64,000 nt of DNA from Candidatus Eiseniibacteriota bacterium. Lineage in GTDB: Bacteria > Eisenbacteria > RBG-16-71-46 > CAZAMP01. Position 1 is the stretch's first letter. Every line of letters starts with the position of its first letter. The stretch spans positions 1,152,001 through 1,216,000 of the forward strand of contig OZ245046.1 of NCBI GenBank assembly GCA_965224245.1, read 5' to 3'. The notes below the pieces were generated by a model. That model was not told where the DNA came from. It saw only the letters and a program-made list of their open reading frames with translations, and searched no databases. The position numbers were made by a program, and so were the translations under genes. Positions 19,120 through 25,755 of this stretch are shown piece by piece.

Positions 19120-20583
19120 ATGCGTCAAGCGCATCATGCACTCACCGGTCGTCACCGGACACACCTCGCCACGGCCGCCGCGATCACGGTGGCGGCGGCC
19201 CTGTTCGGATGCGAGACCGGCTCGCCGCTCTCGGATCTGGATCGGGCCCGGAACGGGTTCTCGTGGGACACCGATCTGCAGGCGCGCGGCACGTTCGAGA
19301 CGATCGACTACGAGTCGCTCGACCCCGGAACCATCGTGTCCGAGGTCTTCGGGAGCGGCGGCAGCGGACCGATCGCCGTACACGGGACGAACCCGTTCTT
19401 CGCCGACGGCGTGAATGCGGCCGTCGTCTTCGACTCCAGCAACCCGACCGGCGGCGACAGCGATCTCGGCACGCCCGCCGGGAGCTGCGGCGGACCGGGT
19501 GACGGCGGAGCCGACGTCGGTCTGGGGACGCCGTACGAGAACTGCGAGGCGCTCGGCCACATCATCATGGTCGCGGCCGATCTGGTCGACGGAAACGGCG
19601 ACAGTCTCGTGGACGATCCGGACGACATCGACGTCGTGGCTGCCGATGGGGTGACGATCGCGTACGACTTCTCGGCGATCGGCACGGTCACGGTGAGCAG
19701 CATCACGGTCATCGACATCGACGGCAACAATCCCGATCCGCGCGTCGAGCTCTTCGACGGCGACGACGTGCTCCTGGCCACGTTCCCGATCCCGAACGAC
19801 ATGCCCGAGAACGGCGTCGCCACGGTCAGCCTCGGGAACACGGCCGGCGTGGTCAAGATGGTCGTGTGGCTCCAGGGCTCCGGCGGCTTCGACACGATCC
19901 TGTTCACGCCCGACCGCGACGAAGAGCCGGTCGGCTGCCGCGTGACCGGCGGCGGCGTCGACTCGTTCGACACTCAGGGCGCCGGCGGCGAGCTCTTCCG
20001 CGGTGGGACGCCGGACGGCGCCAACCGCTACCAGTTCGGCGGCCAGGCGGGTGCGCCCACCGGCTCGCAGCCGCAGCCGTGGGGCGAGTGGACGCACCAC
20101 CAGCAGCAGGGACCCGACGGCAGCTTCATCTTCCACGCCGGTACCGCATCGGCCCCGGAGACGACGGAGATCGACTGGATCTCGTGCTCGGACCCCGGAT
20201 TCTGCTTCCCGGCCCGACCGGCGCCGACCAAGCAGATCGACTTCGAGGGTCTCGGGACGTTCCGCAACATTCGCAACCCGTCGGCCGCGCTCGCGGACGT
20301 CGTGCCGGGTGAGACGTTCCACTGGTTCGAGGTGCACATCGAGGACCTCGGCGAGCCGGGGCCGGGCGGCGAGCACGGAGAGCTCGACGACGCGCTCTGC
20401 CCGCCCGCCGGTCGTGACGGTCTGTCCGGCGACTACGCGAGCTGCGAGTGCGACGACTTCTACCGCATCACGATCTATGCGGGCGTTCCGCAGTTCGAGG
20501 AGCCGAACAAGACCGACGTGATCTACGAGGTCTACGGCTATCTCGACGGCGGCAACCTTCAGATCCACCCGCCGATCGACTAG
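19120..20583 (+). CDS. Acidic lipoprotein with C-terminal post-COAP-1-like domain
   Basis: LFGC lipobox; CRVTGGG...IEDLGEPG...DFYRITI...GGNLQIH; GGAGGG SD; extended -10 TGcTATGCT at 19056-19064. Confidence 0.7.
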   Translation: MRQAHHALTGRHRTHLATAAAITVAAALFGCETGSPLSDLDRARNGFSWDTDLQARGTFETIDYESLDPGTIVSEVFGSGGSGPIAVHGTNPFFADGVNAAVVFDSSNPTGGDSDLGTPAGSCGGPGDGGADVGLGTPYENCEALGHIIMVAADLVDGNGDSLVDDPDDIDVVAADGVTIAYDFSAIGTVTVSSITVIDIDGNNPDPRVELFDGDDVLLATFPIPNDMPENGVATVSLGNTAGVVKMVVWLQGSGGFDTILFTPDRDEEPVGCRVTGGGVDSFDTQGAGGELFRGGTPDGANRYQFGGQAGAPTGSQPQPWGEWTHHQQQGPDGSFIFHAGTASAPETTEIDWISCSDPGFCFPARPAPTKQIDFEGLGTFRNIRNPSAALADVVPGETFHWFEVHIEDLGEPGPGGEHGELDDALCPPAGRDGLSGDYASCECDDFYRITIYAGVPQFEEPNKTDVIYEVYGYLDGGNLQIHPPID

Positions 20584-20589
20584 ACTCCC

Positions 20590-20622
20590 CGCCGGGCGGC
20601 AACGCGCCGCCCGGCGTTCTCT
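20590..20622 (+). terminator. Intrinsic terminator-like hairpin after the lipoprotein gene
   Basis: CGCCGGGCGGC-AACGC-GCCGCCCGGCG followed by TTCTCT. Confidence 0.6.
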
Positions 20623-20667
20623 CCCCGAGACGCGCCCGCTCATCGAACTGATCCGAGGCGCTCCGTC

Positions 20668-21603
20668 GTGGCCACCCGACTTGCCCGATCCGACGAGCTC
20701 GACGCGATCGCGCAGCTGATCGTGGCCGAGAATGCCCATCCGGAGCGGCACTGCATCCAGAGCGAGACCGGCCCCGACGTCACCACCACGGCGGGCGAGA
20801 TGCGGCGACGGCTCGACGCCGACGAGCTCGTGGTCGTGATCGCGCGCGACGAGCCCGATCCCCGCCATGCCCACGGACCCGATCCCACCACCGGGCCGGA
20901 GCTCGACTCCGGCGGCATCCTGGGCGCATTCGCGTGCGAGGTGTATCCGCCGTCCGGGCGCGGCTGGCTCCGGGGACCCTTCGTGCGACCGGGCGTCGAT
21001 CCCGAGCCCATCTTCCACGAGCTCCTGTGCAGACTGCTGCGCGGACTGCCCGACCCCGTGCGACGCGTCGACGCGTTTCTGAACGTCGCCAACGAGCGGG
21101 CGGCGGCGTTCTATCGAGCGATGGGTTTCCAGCCCGTCCGACACGTTCACGTGTACTGGGCGAAGGCGGAGGACGTCGACCTCGGCGCGGCCCGTGACGG
21201 CGTCGAGCCGCCGCCCGAGCTCTGGGCCTCCGCCGCCGCTCTCCACGACGAGATCTTCCCCGACACGTACGTCTCGGGTGAGGGCGTTCTGGCCCAGCGC
21301 GACGAGGACCATCGCCTGTTCGTCCGCACCGACGAACGGGGCGTCGTGGGTAGCGTGTACGTCGAGGCCGATCACGACGCGTCGGAGGCGTTCGTCTCGT
21401 TCCTCGGCGTGCGTGCCGACGCGCGAGGCCGGGGCGTGGGAGAGGATCTCCTCCGGAGCGCGCTTCGCTGGGGGCTCGTGACGAAGGGATTCCCCGCGGT
21501 GGCGCTCAGCGTGCACGACGAGCTGGCCAACGCCCGGTCGCTGTACGAGCGCGTCGGCTTCCGGCTCCGCTACACCGGGCTGCACCTCCGCCGCGATCTC
21601 TGA
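20668..21603 (+). CDS. Tandem GNAT family acetyltransferase
   Basis: NERAAAFYRAMGF in the first domain; LGVRADARGRGVG...ARSLYERVGF in the second. Confidence 0.88.
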   Translation: MATRLARSDELDAIAQLIVAENAHPERHCIQSETGPDVTTTAGEMRRRLDADELVVVIARDEPDPRHAHGPDPTTGPELDSGGILGAFACEVYPPSGRGWLRGPFVRPGVDPEPIFHELLCRLLRGLPDPVRRVDAFLNVANERAAAFYRAMGFQPVRHVHVYWAKAEDVDLGAARDGVEPPPELWASAAALHDEIFPDTYVSGEGVLAQRDEDHRLFVRTDERGVVGSVYVEADHDASEAFVSFLGVRADARGRGVGEDLLRSALRWGLVTKGFPAVALSVHDELANARSLYERVGFRLRYTGLHLRRDL

Positions 21604-21913
21604 TCGCCTCGCGACGTCCAGCCGGTGGTCCGCCGTGTGAGCAGCGCCTCGGTCCTCGCGGAGGCGCCCCGGCGGACGCACTCGCCCGTGACGCGCTGGA
21701 GGACCGTCGCCGGTGGGGGGAAGTACGGTTCGGGCGACGCGGTGCGAGGTCGATCTGGGACCAGGCTCGAGCTGGTGGAGTCGAATGTCGAGCAGAGCCC
21801 GGCAGGTGCCTCCTGGGGCACTGGAGCACGGGGGTCGACCAGGGGCGAGCCGGTCGACCGTACGGTCACCCGAACCGTCGCTCGAAATCCTGCGTGGCCA
21901 GGGGTGGGGACAC

Positions 21914-21933
21914 AATGATGCGATCGCATCATT
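21914..21933. promoter_or_regulatory. Perfect 20-bp palindrome AATGATGCGATCGCATCATT
   Basis: Self-complementary and AT-rich relative to its surroundings; shares TGATGC-N4-GCATCA with 3602-3621. Confidence 0.55.
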
Positions 21934-21976
21934 TTCCGGTCCGAGGCGGGGCCGATCCGAGGCGCAGCGCCGCGGG

Positions 21977-22777
21977 TCAGAAGCGGAGCGAGAGCCCGAA
22001 CCCGATTCCGGTGCCCGAGCCGGTCACCCCGAGCGTGCTCGTGTCGGTGACCATCCGCCCCACCACGAGGCCGACCGCCGCGCCGACCAGCACATCGGCG
22101 AGATAGTGCCGGTTCTCCTCGAGGCGTCCGAGCCCCGTCAAGGCCGCGAGTGCGATCGCCACCGGGGTGGCCGCGGGCGCGTGTCGCTCCACGACCGGGA
22201 CCGCGGCGAAGGCGGTGGCGGTGTGTCCGGACGGAAACGAGTAGTGGCCGCCGTTCGGGCGACGCGCATCGATCGCGACCTTCAGCATCCACGTCGCCGC
22301 CCACGTGCCGATGAGCGACGACGTGAGATCGGTTCCGGCTCGGGTCAACGCGGCGTGTTCGGACGCGTGGCCCAGCGCGATCAGCACGAGCGCCGCTCCC
22401 CCCAGCACCGCTCCATCGCCGTACACGTTGCCCACGTCCGCCGCGGTGTCCAGAGGGGAGCGGCCGACGAGCGCGCCGAGATCGGCGTGGTTCTCGAACG
22501 CGGCGCCGACGAGCGCGGTCCCGGCCAGGGCGCCGAAGGTGATGGCGTCACGCCGATCCGGCCATGAACGCGCCGCGCGCGGCATCGACGCCCTTGTCGC
22601 GAGATCGGTGTGCACGCGTGCGCGCGGCATCGTGGTAGCGTGGTCGTTCGAGTCGCGGGCGCCGCGCGGAGGCGGTGCCGTCGACGCATCCGATCGCCGG
22701 GCCTCGGATGGGGACGAGACGGCCACGACGAGGAGCAGAAGCCATGCGATGCGATCTACCGCGTGTCGTCGGTTCAT
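21977..22777 (-). CDS. PAP2 family phosphatase (LpxE/LpxF/PgpB-like) with signal peptide
   Basis: K..IDARRP, FPSGHT and GRLEENRHYLADV (three PAP2 motifs); GAGGAG upstream; alternative starts at 22630 or 22585 possible. Confidence 0.85.
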   Translation of the reverse strand: MNRRHAVDRIAWLLLLVVAVSSPSEARRSDASTAPPPRGARDSNDHATTMPRARVHTDLATRASMPRAARSWPDRRDAITFGALAGTALVGAAFENHADLGALVGRSPLDTAADVGNVYGDGAVLGGAALVLIALGHASEHAALTRAGTDLTSSLIGTWAATWMLKVAIDARRPNGGHYSFPSGHTATAFAAVPVVERHAPAATPVAIALAALTGLGRLEENRHYLADVLVGAAVGLVVGRMVTDTSTLGVTGSGTGIGFGLSLRF

Positions 22778-23412
22778 GTGCAGCGTTTCTCCTCGTGCTG
22801 TCGTCGATTCCCGGCACCGGCTGCGATGCCGGCGTCAGCCTCGAGCTCCTCGTCGGGGCCCCGGTGAATGCCGGGACGTCGCTCGAGATCCGCCAGCGCG
22901 GTCACCCGCGGATCCGCCTCGACGCGCGGTTTCGCAGCGAGCCGCTCGACGCCCCGATCTACTGGACCCTTCGCGTCGCGATGACCGGCACCGCGTCCGG
23001 CTGGTGCGTCGAGCTCATGCACGACAAGGTCCACCTCGACACGTCGCACCCGGACGTCCAGGCGTTCTCCATCTCGCACGGCCTGAACTTCGTCACGGTC
23101 CAGCGCCGCTGGATTCGCCGGGCTCTGGAGCTGCACGCCGGCGCCGGCATCCTCGTGGCACACCCCGAGAACACGATCCGATTCCACGAGCTGGATCCCG
23201 ACTCCGGCGTCTGGGGAACCGGCTATCACCCGACGGGACCGGCCGCACTCCTGTCCGCCGCCTACCGGATCTCGCTCGGGGCCGATCTGTCCGCACTGGC
23301 CGAGCTTCGCGCGAGCATCGCGCGCGTGCGCGTTCCGGTGGACCGCGGCGACGCCCGGTTCGTCCACGTCGCGGGGCACCTGCTCGTCGGCGTGGCCGCC
23401 GTCGTCTTCTGA
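22744..23412 (+). CDS. Small outer-membrane beta-barrel protein resembling lipid A oxidase LpxQ
   Basis: Signal peptide and terminal Phe; PIYWTLR, VELMHDKV, SHGLNFVT, AGAGI..AHPE and YHPTGP parallel remembered LpxQ motifs; AGGAG 8 nt before ATG. Confidence 0.55.
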   Translation: MRCDLPRVVGSCAAFLLVLSSIPGTGCDAGVSLELLVGAPVNAGTSLEIRQRGHPRIRLDARFRSEPLDAPIYWTLRVAMTGTASGWCVELMHDKVHLDTSHPDVQAFSISHGLNFVTVQRRWIRRALELHAGAGILVAHPENTIRFHELDPDSGVWGTGYHPTGPAALLSAAYRISLGADLSALAELRASIARVRVPVDRGDARFVHVAGHLLVGVAAVVF

Positions 23413-23425
23413 CGCGTCCGTCATC

Positions 23426-23459
23426 AGCGTAGCCGGCTCCGATGAGAGAGCCATGAGAG
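23426..23459 (-). promoter_or_regulatory. OmpR/PhoB-type activated promoter: CTCTCAT-N4-CTCTCAT, 10 nt, TACGCT
   Basis: 7-bp direct repeat with 11-bp period ending 10 nt before a -10-like hexamer, adjacent to an OmpR-family gene. Confidence 0.55.
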
Positions 23460-23530
23460 GGGTGTGGCCGATCTCATGCGATCGGCGAATCGCGTCGACC
23501 GATCGCCGCGGCGACACCTACAATCACGTC

Positions 23531-24205
23531 ATGCGAGTACTCGTGGTCGAGGACTACGCGCCGCTGCGACGTTCGCTGGAGCGCGGGCTGCGCGAGGCGG
23601 GGTATGCGGTCGATGCCGTCGCCGACGGCGCCGACGGGCTCGCGTACGCGCGCTGCGACGTCTACGACGTCGTCGTGCTCGACGTCATGCTGCCGTCGAT
23701 GGACGGGCTCACCGTCCTGGAGCGCCTGCGCGGCGACGGCAACGCGGCCCGCGTGCTGCTCCTGACGGCGCGCGACACTGTCGATGATCGCGTGAACGGA
23801 CTCGACCGCGGCGCCGACGACTATCTCGTGAAGCCGTTCGCGTTCGAGGAGCTCCTGGCCCGCGTGCGCGCGCTCGTTCGCCGGCGCCATCGGCAGGCGC
23901 GCCCCACGATCACGATCGACGATCTGGAGATCGACACGTCCGCGCGCGCCGTGCGCCGCGGCGGTGAGCCGGTGGAGCTGACCGCGCGCGAGTACAGCAT
24001 CCTCGAGGTGCTCGCGCGGCGTGTGGACCAGGTCGTGACGCGCGACGAGATCTGGGACGCGATCTACGACTTCGACGCCGAGCGTGGCAGCAACGTGGTC
24101 GACGTGTACGTGGGGTACATTCGCCGCAAGCTCGAACGCAACGGCAGGCGGCGGCTCCTGCACACACGACGGGGGATCGGGTACGTGCTGAGCGGTGCAC
24201 CGTGA
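23531..24205 (+). CDS. OmpR/PhoB family response regulator, probably leaderless
   Basis: MRVLVVED, LDVMLP, GADDYLVKPF, LTAREY and HTRRGIGY; TACAAT ends 6 nt before the ATG with no SD. Confidence 0.95.
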   Translation: MRVLVVEDYAPLRRSLERGLREAGYAVDAVADGADGLAYARCDVYDVVVLDVMLPSMDGLTVLERLRGDGNAARVLLLTARDTVDDRVNGLDRGADDYLVKPFAFEELLARVRALVRRRHRQARPTITIDDLEIDTSARAVRRGGEPVELTAREYSILEVLARRVDQVVTRDEIWDAIYDFDAERGSNVVDVYVGYIRRKLERNGRRRLLHTRRGIGYVLSGAP

Positions 24206-25659
24206 TGCGGTCGATTCGCCGATCACTTCTGACCACGAGTGCGCTCGGGACCGCCGCTCTCGTGGTGCTCGCGGGGGCGGCGCTGGATCGCGGCGCCGTG
24301 GCGGTCCTCACCGGCGAGCTGGATCTCGGGCTCACCGAGACGGCGCGCCTCCTGGCCTCCACGATCGAGAAGACACCCAAGGGCATCGAGCTGGCCATCG
24401 AGGACGACGACCTCCGTGGCATCACGAGCGCCGGCGACGGCGCCTGCCTCTGGATCTGGCTGGAGAGTGACTCGCTGCTCCGCGCGATTCCGGACACCCT
24501 CGACGTCACGATGAGCCCCCGAGCGGGACACGCCGTCGGCACGACGTTTCGGAGCGGGACGGTGGGAGAGTCGGTGCCCGTCCGCGTGATCGAGCACACC
24601 TTCGCCGCGCGCGTCGATCTCGAGGAGGACGACGACGACGAGCCGGCCGGGGTGAGGGTGGAGCACGAGGACGCGCCCCTCGTGACGGTGCTTCTCGCTC
24701 GTCCCACGGAGCGGCTGAACGCGCTGATCGGGCGATTGCGCCTCCTGATCGCGGGCGTGGGGGCCAGTGTCGTGCTGCTCGGCGCCGCGGTGCTCCTGGG
24801 CAGTGTCGGGCGCGGTCTCCGACCTCTCGAGCGACTGGGGGCGGAGATCGCGCACCTCGACGAGCGAACGCTCTCGTCGCGCGTCGAGGTACCGGACGCC
24901 CCGGTCGAGATCCGGCCCATCGTCGGCCGGCTGAACGAGCTCCTGGCGCGTCTGGAAGGCGCGTTCGTGCGGGAACGACGCTTCAGCGCCGACGTCGCCC
25001 ACGAGCTCCGGACGCCTCTGACGGGTCTTCGGACGGCGATCGAGGTCGAGCTGACCCGTCCCAGGACCGCCGAGGAGTACCGGCGTGTGCTCGTCGAGTC
25101 GCTCGGGATCGTGACCCGGATGCAGGTACTCGTGCAGCGCATGCTGACGCTCTCCCGGCTCGACGCCGGATCGTTCCAGGTGGACGAGACCCGGATGGAT
25201 CTGGCCGACCTCGTCCGGTCGACCTGGAACATGGTGTCCGCGGACGCCAGCGCCAAGCGTTTGACGGTCGACCGATCGGTGACGGAGGCGATCCCGGTCC
25301 AGACCGACCCGGCGCTGATGGAGATGATCGTTCGCAACCTGATCGAGAACGCCGTCATGCACGCCGACGCGGGAGGGACGCTGACGCTGTCACTGAACGG
25401 GGACGAGCGACGGGCCGTGCTCCGCGTCTCGAACACCGGCTGCACGCTCTCGCAGGCGGACGTACCGCCCCTCTTCGACCGGTTCACGCGCGCGGACCTG
25501 GCGCGTCGGGCCGACGACGGGCACGTCGGGCTGGGCCTGGCCCTCGTGCGGCAGGCCGCCGATGCCCTCGGCCTCGAGGTGGACGTGAGCGCGGCTCCGG
25601 GTGGGGAGTTCTCCGCGACGCTCCGGATCGACCGGCCGGCTCCCCGCTCGGCGGGCTGA
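24202..25659 (+). CDS. HAMP-containing sensor histidine kinase (QseC/CzcS-like)
   Basis: Two TM segments; FSADVAHELRTPL, NLIENAV, LFDRF and GLGLA; start overlaps the regulator stop. Confidence 0.93.
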   Translation: MMRSIRRSLLTTSALGTAALVVLAGAALDRGAVAVLTGELDLGLTETARLLASTIEKTPKGIELAIEDDDLRGITSAGDGACLWIWLESDSLLRAIPDTLDVTMSPRAGHAVGTTFRSGTVGESVPVRVIEHTFAARVDLEEDDDDEPAGVRVEHEDAPLVTVLLARPTERLNALIGRLRLLIAGVGASVVLLGAAVLLGSVGRGLRPLERLGAEIAHLDERTLSSRVEVPDAPVEIRPIVGRLNELLARLEGAFVRERRFSADVAHELRTPLTGLRTAIEVELTRPRTAEEYRRVLVESLGIVTRMQVLVQRMLTLSRLDAGSFQVDETRMDLADLVRSTWNMVSADASAKRLTVDRSVTEAIPVQTDPALMEMIVRNLIENAVMHADAGGTLTLSLNGDERRAVLRVSNTGCTLSQADVPPLFDRFTRADLARRADDGHVGLGLALVRQAADALGLEVDVSAAPGGEFSATLRIDRPAPRSAG

Positions 25660-25755
25660 CCGACCCCGCGCGGCCGCCGTCTTGCGGGCCCCGCCGGGCC
25701 TCGCTACTCTGCCCCCTCGCCACGAAGGACCCCCACGGAAGAGAGAACGGCTCAC

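Noticed and set aside
20854-20886. CCCGATCCC repeated 24 bp apart within the GNAT gene
   Set aside because: Small in-frame loop duplication (PDP...PDP) with no sign of a mobile-element footprint
22774-23517. Minus-strand 247-aa ORF whose stop overlaps the PAP2 ATG
   Set aside because: Composition is typical of an antisense shadow, and the plus frame has a signal peptide, barrel pattern and terminal Phe; a translated leader cannot be fully excluded
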